Shown: in pieces, positions 35,415 to 48,592 of the stretch
How positions within the stretch are numbered: the first letter of the stretch is position 1
Layout of the letters: every line of letters starts with the position of its first letter
NCBI GenBank assembly: GCA_030390025.1
Contig: CM059441.1
Location: 62,558,001 to 62,622,000, forward strand
DNA length: 64,000 nt
Origin: Squalus acanthias
Lineage: Eukaryota
Direction: 5' to 3'
The notes under the pieces: generated by a model
What the model saw: the letters and a program-made list of their open reading frames with translations, nothing else
Database searches by the model: none
Told to the model about the DNA's origin: nothing
Made by a program: the position numbers and the translations under genes

Positions 35415-37212
35415 GTAATATAATTGTCAGCTCGGACATATGAATTGATAATAGTCTTTGCAAAAGATCATTCTTATTGAGCTATGATTGGGGACCAAAT
35501 TCAGCAGTGACCGAGTGTACTAACTCAGACCAAGTCCCATTCACCCATCATCCCAGTGCTTGCTGACGTACATTGGCTCCCAGTCTGGTAACACCTCAAG
35601 TTTAAAATCCTCACCCTGGTGTTCAAATCCCTCCGTGGCCTTGCCCCCCACTTCCTATCTCTGTACCTCCTCCAGCCCTTCATCCCTCTGAGATCTCTGC
35701 ATTCCACCAATTCTGTCCTCTTTTTTCCGCCCTGATTTTCATCACTCCCCCAATGTCAGCCCGTGCCTTCAGCCGTCTAGACCCTAACTCTGGAATTCCC
35801 TCCCTAAACCTTGGGGATGGACAAGAGGCCAGAATTGGAGGAGCGCAGAGATCCTAATTTTAGTTAGAAGTTGTGATGACGACAACATATTAGCCCTTTC
35901 AAATAGACAGGAAATTCAGCCCACACACTTACTGCCCATTCTCACCATGATAGCAACCATGATAAGGGAGACAAATATGTTAAAGATTAACAGCAGACAA
36001 GCCAGGAAGTGTATAAAGTGTCATATACGCAGAATTGCTCTGTTTGCATTTGATTTGCTCTGCAGTTAACTTTCATAGAATCATAACATTACACAGTGCA
36101 GAAGGAGGCCATTCGGCCCATCGTTCCTGTGCTGACTCTTTGCTAGAGCTATCTAATTAGTCCCACTCCCCTGCTTTTTCCCCATAGTCCTGCAATTTTA
36201 TTTCCCTTCAAGAATTTATTGGAAATTCCCCTTTTGAAATTTACTGTTGAATCTTCTTCCAGGCAATGAATTTCAGATCACAACACACTGTAAAATAAAA
36301 TTTAGGTTGACTGCTCAGTGATGATTATGCTCCAAGACAAGGGGAGATGAGGAGTATTTTTTCATGCAGCGTGTTGTTAATGTCTGGAATACACTTCCTG
36401 AAAGGGTGGGGGAAGCTCATTCAATAGTAACATTCAAAAGGGAATTGGATATGTAAATGAAATAGAAAAGTTTGCAGAGCTATGGTGAAAGAGCGGGGGA
36501 TTGGGATTAATTGGATAGATCATTCAAAGAGCCGGCACAGGCATGATGGGCCAAATGGCCTCCTCCTGTGCTGTGTTATTCTATGATCTATGAAATAAGT
36601 TCCTTATCAGCAACTTGTTTTGTTCCTGCTGAAATCATGAATATTGCAGAAGAACAGGGAACAAGAGATGTTTGGCATCAGTGTTATGTGTGAGTCCCAG
36701 TTCAGTTTTAACAAACACGCAGTGAGACCGTCTGTAAAAGTCATGCAAACAACACAACTGCATCTCCGACACATACAGAGCTGAGGCTAGAGGTACTTTG
36801 CTATTGTGCTTCAAAGTGTCTGCTGGAGTAGGGCCAGTGCTGACCTTGGGGACAAGTCAGTCTACAATACTGTATTGGAATTAATCTACAACATTATTGG
36901 TTTTGTGTATAAAAGAATCCCTTAGAAAATGAGGATCCAAAGTGATTCCTTCGACAATGAAGATCCAAAATTCACCAAGTAGACTGAATCAGCTTAGCCA
37001 ATCAGATGGGTTGAAGAGCAAACAGGAAGTTTAGGCGAATTAGTGATTCATGATGGAGATAATGTCATGACTTCCAACGGATCCTAATCCATTGTCCCTT
37101 GTAAATCAGTGCAGAATATATCTCAATTGTTTGGTCTTTTAGGAATTGTGTTGGGTGGAAGACTTGCTTCACTAAATAGGGTCCTGTGGTCCTTGAGCCA
37201 ATATAGAATGAA

Positions 37213-37885
37213 CATAGGAACATAGGAACAGGAGTAGGCCATTGAGCCCCTCGAGCCTGTTCTGCCATTCATGAGATCATGGCTGATCTGCAACTTAACT
37301 CCATATACCCGCCTTTGGCCCATACCCCTTAATACCTTTGGTTAACAAAAATCTATCGATCTCAGATATAAATTAACAATTGATCAAACATCAATTGCCA
37401 TTTGTGGACGAGAGTTCCAAATTTTTACCACTCTTTGTGTGTAGAAATGTTTCCTAATTTCACTCCTGAAAGGTCTGGCTCTAATTTGGTCTTGGCCCTA
37501 GACTCCCCAACCAGCGGAAATAGTTTCTCTCCATCTACCCTCTCTTTTCCCACTTAATATCTTGAAAACTTTGATCAGATCACCCCATAACATTCTAAAT
37601 TCTAGTGATGTAATATACTTGGATATACTCGCCCATCCCTAGTTGCCCTAATTTGTGTAATCTCTCCTCGTGACTTAACCCTTGGAGTCAGGGTATCATT
37701 CTGGTAAATCTACACTGCACTCCCTCCAAGGCCGATATATCGTTCCTAAGGTGTGGTGCCCAGAACATCTCAAAATACTTCAGGTGTGGTCTAGCCAGGG
37801 TTTTGTATAGCTGCAGCATAACTTCTACCCACTTGTATTCTAGTCCTCTAGATACATAGGCCAGAGGACTCTAGATATAAAGGCC
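37213..37885 (-). mobile_element. 5'-truncated CR1 with 9-bp TSD AGAATGAAC
   Basis: (CATAGGAA)n tail; empty site in unit B at ~30745. Confidence 0.85.
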
Positions 37886-37987
37886 AGAATGAACTTGTCC
37901 ACTCCCGTGTCAAGGATTCCCTTCCATCCATTGGGTTGATGGTATCATCTGCTGCATCAAGAATTGTCTTCACATACAGAAACATTG

Positions 37988-38716
37988 GGGGGAAATTCGT
38001 TAGCGACCAGTTGTGTCGCTAACATCACTTGGGCACTAAATTTACCGCCCTGGCGAAAAATAGCGCCAGCGTTCACTAACTTCAGCTTTAGCATCCCAAA
38101 AGGGAGGTGGAGTGCTAATTCAAGTGCTCCACTTCCTTCTTAGAGCGCTAACCCCGAATATTGGGGCAGTGCGTTCTGCAGCACTATGCACTGGGCCACG
38201 TTCCGCTGCCGCATGACAGGGCTCTTCCCCTCATTAAAGGGGAGGGCCCAAGCCCACAACTCTGCGAGGCCCTACCTGGACCACCAGGGAGTGGGATGCC
38301 GTGCCAGCGGCCCGGCACTCAAGAGGTGTGCCAGGCTCCCAGATCGCGGCACGGACCCCACGTTCAAAGATGCAATAGGCCGCGACAAGATAGTCGGCCG
38401 ATTTTGTTTTCCCCCCTGCTTGCCACTCCCCTTTACTTAGCGCCCCGCACGTCTCCTGCCGCTCCATTCCCACTCCCTGAATCGGTTGCTGTCATTGTCC
38501 GCCGCTGATTCAGGGGGCATGGGCCAATTTTGCAGGCGGGACGAAAACGGGGTGCTGCGCACAGTGATGACATCATCATCGCCTGCACCGCCGAGCGGGG
38601 CGCTACCGGTTACCGCCGCTGCTAAACTACCGCTGAATTTAGCGGGAGTTGATGCCGGCACCTCGACCGGGTGAAAAGTGCCGCCGAGAGGTGCAAATGA
38701 ACCGAATTTCTAGCCC
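37988..38716. mobile_element. Related Harbinger-type MITE (family B)
   Basis: GGGGGGAAATTCG...CGAATTTCTAGCCC imperfect TIRs, ATT TSD, GC-rich body. Confidence 0.75.
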
Positions 38717-39970
38717 ATTGTGTGCTGAGGAAAAGGCATGAACATAGGTGGGCGTGTCATTCAAGGGCAACGTGACTATGAGTCTGTCCTACATGTGGGT
38801 TCACTATAATACTGATTGGCCCAAACCTTCCTCCCCAGTAATCCTCTCCAATCACAGAACATGAGCAGGAATGTGGGATTAGGTTGGATAGCCCTTTCGA
38901 CCGGCACAGACACGTTTGGCCGAATGGCCTCCTTCTGTGCCGTAAATTTCTATGATTCTATGATGTGCAGTGTTTTATATTCATTCTTGGATTACTTTGC
39001 CTCAGCATTTACCAGGGAGACGAACAGGACGGACAAGACAGTAGACGAAAAGATCAAAAAAGATATCAAGACATTTAAGATAGAATGCGGTGGGGTGGGG
39101 GGGGGAGGGGGTTGGGTGGTGGGCGGGCTGGTGGGGGAAGAGCTAATTGATAATGTAGTCAAACACACAGAGGATAAACCCTTGGTCTGGATGGAATGCA
39201 TCCTCCCATCCTCCCATAAAATCAGCTCGGAAGAGACAGCAGACACACTATTTTATATACATATATATATATAAAAATTGATTAGAAAAGGGATTAGCGC
39301 CAGAGAACTGGTGGATAGCTAATGTTATGCCTATATTTAAAAATGAATATAGAACAAGTCCAGGGAACTATGGAACAGTTAGCTTAACGTCGGTGGTAGG
39401 AAAGATAATGGAATCTTTACTCAAAGATGTAATAGAAATATATCTAGAAACTAAAAATATAATATAGAATGCATTTCAAAAGAGATCATGCTTGACCAAA
39501 CTTTTAAATTCTTTGAAGAAGTAACAGAAGGAGTAGATATGATCGCGTAGTAGATGTAATATACTTGGATATAATCGCCCATCCCTAGTTGCCCTAAGAA
39601 GATGGTGGTGGTGGACCTTCTCCTTGAACCGCTGCAGTCCTTGTGCTGAAGGTGCTCCCACAATGTTTTTAGGTTGAGAACTCCAGGATACTGATTCAGC
39701 GACGATGCAGCAATGGTGATAAATGACCAAGGCGGGATGTTGTGTGACCTGGAGGTAATGCGCAACCCATCACATTGCTGCTCGTGTCCTTCTGGGTGCT
39801 GGAGGTTACAGGGGAGGGATGTGTTGTCAATGTAACCTTGGTGAGTTCCTTGTTTGTCATGTAGATGGTACACACTGCAGCCACTGTGCACCAGTGATGG
39901 AGGGGGTGGATAGCGAGTCCAGTTGAGTGGCAAGCCATTCAGTTCTAAATATTGATATTTTTCTCCTCAG

Positions 39971-40335
39971 CTGTATTGTCAGAAGAGTGGAAAGTCGACA
40001 CTCCACGAGTTGTGACAGCACAGGAAGGTTTGTGTGCACAGATTCCATGTAATTACAGTTATCCATCGAATCTGGCAAACCAACCGCAAACTGGAATCTG
40101 GTATAATAACGAGCCAAAGATATCATCGTCTATAGCCTTTCACTCCAAGGATCACAATCACGAGTCACCACGGTTACGCCATCGTACATGGCTGACTGGA
40201 AAGCTCAAAGATGGCGACTGTTCGCTGTTTATAAACAACATCACACAGGAAGATGCAGGACCTTATTATTTCAGAATTGAATTTAACACAGTGATAAGTT
40301 TAGCTACTATCCTGTAACATGGCTTCATATTTTTG
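39971..40335 (+). pseudogene. Siglec-like V-set exon, unit C, 1-bp deletion near 40287
   Basis: EGLCAQIPCNYSYP..W..DGDCSL..DAGPYYFRIEF. The 365-nt exon is out of phase relative to its paralog, giving a stop at 40315-40317. Confidence 0.88.
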
Positions 40336-40970
40336 GTAAGTGCTGTGTTATAATTACTCAACAATTCACGTTCAGCAGTCAATGGGAAATAACATAAACT
40401 GTGACGGTTGCATTTTAACTATAAACACAGATTATTATAACGCAGTGTCTGATTATCAGTAACCTGGCGATACCTTCCAGCTCAGTCCTAAAGCAACCTC
40501 TAATACTCACTTTATTATCATTGATGAAATGTCTTGACTGTGTCCATCAATGTTACCAGGTTATGGACTTCCATCTATCTCTCTAAACATGTTTAAAAGT
40601 CTTACATGTAGACAAGAGAAATAACTTGAATTTATATAGTGCCTTTCACGACCTCAGAACTTCCCAAAGCGCTTTACAGCCAAAGACATAATTTTTGAAG
40701 TGTAGTCACTGTTGTAATGTAGGAAATGCAGCATCTAATTTGTGCACAGCAAGCTCCTACAAACAGCAATGAGATAACTGGCCAGGTAATCTGTTTTAGG
40801 TAATTCTAGAGAAAAGACCCCCAGCCTGTTCAGCCTTTCATAATCATTGTAACCTCTCAGTTCTGGTATCATCCTTGTAAAAGTACTTTTCTCTTGCGGG
40901 ACTGTGATTTCTATTTGAACTGATGCTTCACGTTACACATCTCTAAAAGAATCCTTTCTCTGTGTGTTAG

Positions 40971-41264
40971 ATTTCACAGATAAACCCACGATATTCCCTG
41001 CTGAAATTATTGCAGGAAAGCGTGTGGACTTAAGCTGCACCTTCAACACCACATGCAATGGAACAGCACCTGTCTTAACCTGGGTCAAACCCACTGACAT
41101 GCCCGGGTCAGTCTCAAACAGTGTAACTCAGCATGGCATCACTCTGACATATACTTCTGTTCTGACCCTGCTACCATCACTCAAACACCACGGACAGACT
41201 CTCACCTGCAGAGTCAGCTATCCATCTGTTTCATCAGAGCGGACCCTAGCACTAACTGTGCAAC
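40971..41264 (+). CDS. Siglec-like C2-set exon, unit C (intact)
   Basis: 294 nt, AG/GTAAGT bounded: LSCTFNTTCNGTAPVLTW..SVLTLLPSLKHHGQTLTCRVSYP. Confidence 0.9.
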
Positions 41265-41892
41265 GTAAGTATGGGCATCCTTTATTCTACATTACCAGTA
41301 ATAGTCTACACTGCACACATCAAGGTTCCACAAACTGCAATGTGGTGATGAGCAGCTAATCTGTTTTTTACTGATAAATACTGGCCAGAGCTCTTCTTTC
41401 AATAGTGTTATGGGATCCTTTATGTCCACCTGAGGGCAGACGGGGATTCGCTTTAAAATTTCATGTGAAAGACGGCACCGACGGTGCAGTGCTCCGTCAG
41501 TGCTGCCCCTCCGACAGTGCAGCATTCCTCAGTACTACACTAAAATGTTGGCCTGGATTACACGCTTTTTGATGAAGGAAGTTGCATTAATATCACACCT
41601 TTCACGTTGTCAGGATCTCTCGTAATGCTTTGTTAGACATTCTGGAGAGATGTATGTTGGGCATCTTGGGGAGGTAAGGGTTATCAGTGGAACTTCTTTG
41701 TATCTTAAAGCAACAGGCTTTCTGATATAAACAGGACGACTTTGATGTGCTTGTATAAGGGAATGAGTGTTAGTAATGACGTCACCAATGAGTGGTTTAG
41801 TTTTAGGGTAATAAAACAGGGATAGCGAGTCCATTTGCTACAGATAACAGTAGGTAAAGGAAGTCTTGTTTAAGGGAAGTGGTTCTGAGGTA

Positions 41893-43128
41893 AACAAAAA
41901 CAACAACTTGGATTTATATAGCGCCTTTAAGGGAGAAAAACATCCCAAGATGTTTCACAGGAGTATTATAAGACAAAAATTTGACACCGAGCCACATAAG
42001 GAGAAATTAGGGCAGGTGACCAAAAGTTTGGTCAAAGAGGTAGGTTTTAAGGACCCTCTTCAAGGAGAAAGGAGAGGTTTATGGTGTGAATTCCAGAGCT
42101 TAGGGCCTAGGCAGCTGAAGGCACGGCCGCCAATGTTTAAGCGATTAAAATCAGGGATGCTCAAGAGGGCAGAATTAGAGGAGCACAGATATCTCGGGGG
42201 GTGGGGGGTTGTGGGGCTGGAGGAGATTACGGAGGGGCGAGGCCATAGAGGGATTTGAAAACAAGGATGAGAATTTTGATATTGAGGCGTTGCTTAACCG
42301 GGAGCCAATGTAGGTCAGCGAGCACAGGGGTGATTAGTGAACGGACTTGGTGCGAGTTAGGACATGGGCAGCCGAGTTTTGGATGGCCTCAAGTTTACAT
42401 AGGGTAGAACGTGGGAGGCCAGCCAGGAGTACGTTGGAATAGTCAAGTCTAGTGGTAACAAAGGCATGGATGAGGGTTTCAGCAGCGGATGAGCTGAGGC
42501 AGGGACGGAGATGAGCGATGTTACGGAGGTGGAAATAGGCAGTCTTAGTTATGCTGCGGATATGTGATCAAAAGCTCATTTCAGGGTCAAATACAACACC
42601 AAGGTTGCGAACCGTGTGGTTCTGCCTCAGACAGATGTTAGGTAGAGGGATGGAGTCAGTGGCTACGGAATCGGGTATGTGGTGGGCACCGAAGACAATG
42701 GCTTCAGTCATCCCAATATTTAATTGAAGAAAATTCCTGCTCATCCAGTACTGGATGTCGGTCAAGCAGTCTGACAATTTAGAGACCGTGGAGGGGTCGA
42801 GAGAAGTGGTGGTGAGGTTGAGCTGGGTGTTGTCAGCGTACATGTGGAAACTGACAATGTGTTTTTGGATGATGTCGCCAAGGGGCAGCATGTAGATGGG
42901 AAATAGGAGGGGCCAAGGATAGATTGTTGGGGGACACCAGAGGTAACGATGCTGGAGTGGGAAGAGAGGCCATTGCAGGTGATTCTCTGGCGACAATTAG
43001 ATCGATAAGAATGGAACCAGGCGAGTGCAGTCACACCCAGCTGGACGACGGTGGAGAGGTGTTTGAGGAGGATGGAGTGGTCAACTGTGTCAAAGGCTGC
43101 AGACAAGTCGAGGAGGGATAGTTTACCT
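41893..43128 (-). mobile_element. L2-clade LINE inserted in the 5' LTR
   Basis: LLDLSAAFDTVDH, YMLPLGDII, HMYADNTQL, NFLQLN; tail AAAGGCGCTATATAAAT. Confidence 0.92.
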
Positions 43129-44736
43129 TCCAAACTGTTTGCATAGATAGTCTGTTTTCAAAGGATTTGGGAAATAGATACGTATATTTTGACATTTTCC
43201 TTTGGTGCATAAAGCAGCATGGTTTTCAACACTTTGTCAGAGTGTGCTCGAAAGATACAGAAACTGGGAAAGTCACTCTCTGTATACAGTTAAAGGCCGA
43301 TCACCTTTACTGTGTGTCAATAAAGTCTGTTCCGTATAGTCCACTGCAAGTCTCGTGCTTACTCGATACGTGTTGTTGTGAACCAGAGCAGAAAGGAGGT
43401 TGGTGACGTGAACTCGTCCAATGAATACGAGGGCAGTGAGTATGAATTAAATCGATAGTGGGTATAACTAGCTCCTGGGAATCACGATCTAGGGAATAGG
43501 ATGGAATCAGACAAAATAGACGGTTTCTCGACCAAGTTGATCATTTTGAAAATTTTTGACTGGCTTAAAAGTAAGGGGGACCTTACAGTTTTTCCAAGGA
43601 AATTTTAAACGGGTGCTGGGAGGAGGTTGAGCAGGCACTGGAGAATGTGTGTCTGGAGAGACAAAAAGACAGTAGACAGAAAATGTTCCTGTTTCAGCAG
43701 AAACAAAATGAAAGGAGACAGAAAACATACCTATTGCAAGGTCTTTGTCTGGGAATAGGGGCTTTGTGGAGAAAGCATGCTCAGACACAGGTTGAAAATA
43801 GGATCTTGAAGGCAGAAATAGAAAAACTTAAAGAAGAGTTTGATGCAGTCAGGGTCCAAGCTGCTAATTCCTTCCTGGCTGGTCATGATGCTGTGGTGCA
43901 AATGTGTGATGAGAGAGAGGAATTGGAAGATAAAGAGTGCAGCTTAGAAGTTGAGGTGGACAGACTACAGTTAGAAAAGGCGCTGGACAAAGTGTGTCTA
44001 CAGATACAGAAACAAATACAGCAACTGGAACAGAAGTAGAAACAAAAGGCCAGTGGTCTTGGGCTAATGAAAGAGCAGTCTGAGGTGTTGCTCATTAATT
44101 CAGTGAAGGAAGCCGTGGTGAGAAACTGATACAGAAACAGTTAGAGATAAACGGAATGGGCGAAGCTTGCTCAGAAGCACTTAAAGTTTATGTAGGAATG
44201 GGCTGTCTTAGAACTGATGAGATGTTCAGTGAAAAGATAAAATATGGGAGTTGTAAGCCTGGTCTAAAGGGATGTGGAATGGAAGTTGGAATGTTGAAAA
44301 TATTGAGAGAGGCAGCTATAGCAGTTTCAAAGTGTGAACTGAGAAAAGGATTGGGACTCTCGACATAATTTTCAGTTTTTTCCCTTCACCCTTTACTCTA
44401 TGTTGTACACTCCTCCCATATACCGGAGGAAAGTAGTAAGAACTGTGCAGGAGGTAACAGACATGGGGGAGGACACGGACTGTGAGCTTGAAATTTTGAA
44501 CCAGAACAGAATGGGATTCAACAGAAAACATCAGAAATTGAAAATTAGTTTAAGGGAAAAAGGATGAATAGTTTATGATGGAATAAAGGAGAAAAGGAAA
44601 TTTCATGTCTCTTTTCTACTGTTCTACATATTTTTGTTTACAGTGTGAAAGTTAACATTTTTACAAAGCATGTGTGAATGTTGCTGTGGCTGTGGCACCG
44701 CCCTCCTTTTCAAGCTAGAATATGTGTTGAGTTTCA

Positions 44737-45165
44737 GCCAGTGGCTCAGTTGGTAGCACCTTTGCCTTCTGAGTCATGAAGGTTGTTGGTTCTAAATCCC
44801 ACTCCAGACACTTGAGCACAAAAATCTGGGCTCCCACTCCAGTGCTGTGCTGCGGGTAGTACTGCACGATTGGAGGTGCCGTCTTTCGGATGATACGTTA
44901 AACCGAGGCCCTGCCTGCTCTTTCAGGTGGACGTAAAAGATCCCATGGCACTATTTCAAAGAAGTTATCCTTTTATTTATCCTCAACCAACATCACTAAA
45001 ACAGATTATCTGGTCATTATCACATTGCTGTTTGTGGGAGCTTGCTGTGTGCAAATTCGCTACTACATTACAACAGTGACTACACTTCAGAAGTACTTCA
45101 TTGGCTTTAAAGCGCTTTGGGACATCTGGTGGTCGTGAAAGGCGCTATATAAATGTAAGTCTTCC
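44737..45165 (+). mobile_element. Full-length SacSINE1-like SINE (other copies or fragments ~11615-11795, 18040-18185, 31585-31780, 40615-40800, 41310-41560, 49140-49570, 50487-50628)
   Basis: A box TGGCTCAGTTGG, B-box-like GGTTCTAAATCCC, Deu domain GGAGGTGCCGTCTTTCGGATGA..AAAAGATCCCATGGCACT, tail GAAAGGCGCTATATAAATG shared with L2. Confidence 0.88.
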
Positions 45166-47804
45166 TTTGAATTAAATTGGAGTTACTGAGGTTGACTTAC
45201 CTAATAAATTGGGAAAACCAGACTTTATTGTGGCCACTGTGAAATTCTAATTGGTGTAAATTGTGTGAAAGTCTCTAGTTCCTGGCATGAGACATTCACA
45301 CCAATAATTGTTTTTTTTAAATTTCTGACCAGTTTCAGTACTCAATGCTTTGAGGTGACTATTTATGCATCTTAATGGTACTGGAACATGTGACCAGAAG
45401 AGAGAAAAGGGAGAATGCTACTGTTATGTGTATGATAACGTCTGATGTTTTCCCTGCTGAATTGAATTGATTAAGATCTTTGCAAATTTTAAACATTTTA
45501 CTTGGCAAAAGTTTTAAAATTTATTTGAAAGCGGCAAGAAGTTGTGTGACACAAGCTGACATTGATTGATGATGTCTGGGTTTGTCTTCTTTTGAAATAA
45601 AAAAATAAGTTAACACTTTTCACAAGCAGCTGTGTTTTTTGTTACTTCAGATTAACTTTGTTTTAATTAACTAAGCAACAACTTTTGCATTACTGACTGT
45701 AAACATTTTGGACATTTTTAAATTTTAAGTTTTTTAATTTGTGTAGATGTTTCCCCACACTGACAGAAGTGAATCAGAAATTGACAAATGATGAATTAAC
45801 CCATTGGGCAGTCAGGAAAGCCACAATGGATTTCCTGTTTGTTTCTTGTAAGCAGCAGGCCAGGCCCTATGAGTGTTGATGAGCAAGATTACCAAAAGTG
45901 GTTCTTTGATATAAAATGACTTTAAGGTGTTACAGGGTTTGAACTTTGCTGAAAAAGTGCAGTGGGAGCTCCAGCAATGTTCAGAATTTAAGTTCTTATC
46001 TGCAGACATCGATAGATTTTGAATGTCGCAGCGTGGTGACAAAATTGGACTTAAGACTTTGCTTTTCCAATTGTTATCTTCCATATTGCTCGAGGGGGAG
46101 ATAAACGACTTGCATCCAAACAGAATTGTTACTTTTTTTTCTTTTGTTAAATCACGAAGCCTGTGCATAATTTTTTTGTGAAATTAAAATTGATTAGTTA
46201 CATTGATTTGTTGTTCAAGCGCTTGGGGAAGATAAATTTACCTGAAAATTAAGGGGAATCATCAAATTATATTTTTGAAAAGGTCCAGTCTACATAGTTC
46301 TGTCCAACCTGTGTGTTAAGGAAGAAGTTTTAGGGGGGAGACTGTTGTGTTAAAGGTAACTAACATCTCTCATCTTGCAGACTGAATTGCTCTCTGGAAT
46401 ATTTTGAGGAATGAAAAGTCCAATAAGAGTTTTAAGTAGAATGAACAAAAATGTGTTAATAACTTGGATTGATTTGGGAACTTTTGTTAAATGGTAATGA
46501 TTATATTGTATTGGACTTTAAAGTTTCTCCAGGGCTCATGAATGAGATGAAATCGTAATATAATGGGAATTTTTCTAAAATCATTTTGCTTGGTGAATTT
46601 AAGGAACTCAAACAGGGGTTAAGAAAAGATGTGTGAGTGCATCCCTGAGTAACATGATACCTGCATAGATTTAAATTTGGTATCAAGGTACATTCTATTG
46701 AACGTCAGGAAAGTGTAGGTGAGAATCATTATTTGAAAGGTTTATCTTTGAAATGTTTGTGTCTTTGCCTATGCAGAACAATGAGGAAAATGTACTTGAT
46801 AGCCTGGCCACTACCCAAGACATTGGGACCATGCAGGGAGAGATGAGAAAAGACCTCCGATCTTTTCATCAGATAATTAAAAGCCCAGGAATGGCTTGTA
46901 TTTGATGCCAATTTTGGCGTGATATTAAGATACCAGTGTGTGTGCAAAGGTGATATGTTGCATATGAGGCAACTAGCATGTGGAAATAAATGGTGAAGAT
47001 GCACTGAAGAACGGGTCTCAGACATGCTCAGTTATTTGAAAACAGCATGACATGAAATGGTTAATGTGGCTCAGGAGAGTGAGACAACTTTAAATCAAGG
47101 CACATGTACTCCATAGCGAAACTGCCTTTTAATGAAACAATATAGAGCTAAATGCACTGGTACCTATCAGAGAACTAAAATTAAAGTAAAGAGGGACATA
47201 GGATTTGGATTTCTAAATTTCAGGGTTGAATTCCTTTGAGTTAACGATGAAATTGGAATAACTAAAAGTTAGTGGGAAATGATACTTAGTAAGACTATCC
47301 ACAAGATGCATAATTATAAAAGGAGCACTGCAGAATTCTTTTAAGTCCATGATTACTTGATCATTTGATAAACTGTAGTGTTCTGTACAATGGATTATGA
47401 TATTCTTTTCTGTGTCATGATGTGTAATATTAGCCAAGTTAAGTTTAGACAGGACCTCTGTAGTTCAAAACCCTAACATTAAATGACTGACAGTGTATAT
47501 GATATGATGTAATGCTGACATTAAAAAGGGGACATCAACCTTTGGAAATCATGAATGGTGGGTGAAAGATTAAAACATAGTTCAGCAACCATGGACTAGA
47601 ATTATACTGTATAAACCGCCTAGCTCATTATATGATCATGCATTAGAAAAAGAAAAAAAAAGTGGTGGAAATGTTAGACATCCTGGCGAGAGGTATGTTG
47701 GAAATCTTGGGGAGTTAAGGGTTAACAGTCAAACTTCTTTGTAGCTTAAAGTAACAGGCTTTCTGATATAAACAGGATGACATTGAAGTGTCATAAAAGG
47801 AATG

Positions 47805-48592
47805 CATTTGTTAGGAAGAATAGGGAGGTAACTTATCACTTGGAGGGTGTGAGTCTAGGTGGGATAGAGGAACAGAGGGATCTTGGAGTGCAAATACACA
47901 AATCACTAAAAGTTGTGACACAGGTTAGCAAGGTCATAAAAAAGCAAACCAAGCACTAAGATTTATTTCTAGAGGTATAGATTTGAAAAGTAGGGAAGTT
48001 ATGCAAAACCTGTATGGAACCTTGGTTGGACCACACTTAGAGTACTGCGTACAGTTCTGGTTGCCATATTATAAAAAAGGATATAATCATTGGAGAGGGT
48101 GCAGAGAAGATTTACAAGGATGATACCAGAAATGCGAGGGTATACATATCAGGAAAGGATGAACAGGCTGGGTCTCTTTGCTCTTGAAAAAAGAAGGCTG
48201 TGGGGTGACCTAATAGAGATCTTTAAAATTATGAAAAATGATGATAGAGTGGATACAGAGAGAATGATCGACTTGTGGAGAAGAGCTTAACTAGAGGCCA
48301 TCCATATAAGATAGTCACCAAGAAATCCAGCAGGGAATTCAGAAGAAACTTCTTTACCCAAAGAGTTGTGAGAATGTGGAACTCGCTACCACAGGGAGTG
48401 GTTGAAGCGAATCGTTTAGATGCAGTTAGGGTGAGGCTAGACACGCATATAAGGGAGAAGGGAATAGAGGGTTTACTGATAGATTTAGATGAGGAAAGAT
48501 GGGAGGAGGCTCGAGTGGAGCATAAACGCCGGCATGGAGAGGTTGGGCCGAATGGCCTGTTTCTGTGCTGTATATCCTATGCAATCCTATGT
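47805..48592 (+). mobile_element. CR1 3' fragment
   Basis: ERVQRRFTRMIP, RNFFTQRVVRMWNSLP. Confidence 0.9.

Larger units (their letters stand above)
41631..47804 (+). mobile_element. Degraded LTR retroelement / ERV-like element
   Basis: Direct repeats starting TGTTAGACAT at 41631 and 47672, purine-rich tract 47645-47671, AATAAA at 43319, coiled-coil ORF 43647-44039. The 3' LTR is cut off by a CR1; no pol recognised. Confidence 0.75.

Noticed and set aside
44737-44810. tRNA gene
   Set aside because: A/B boxes run straight into the SINE body; it is the tRNA-derived head of the SINE.
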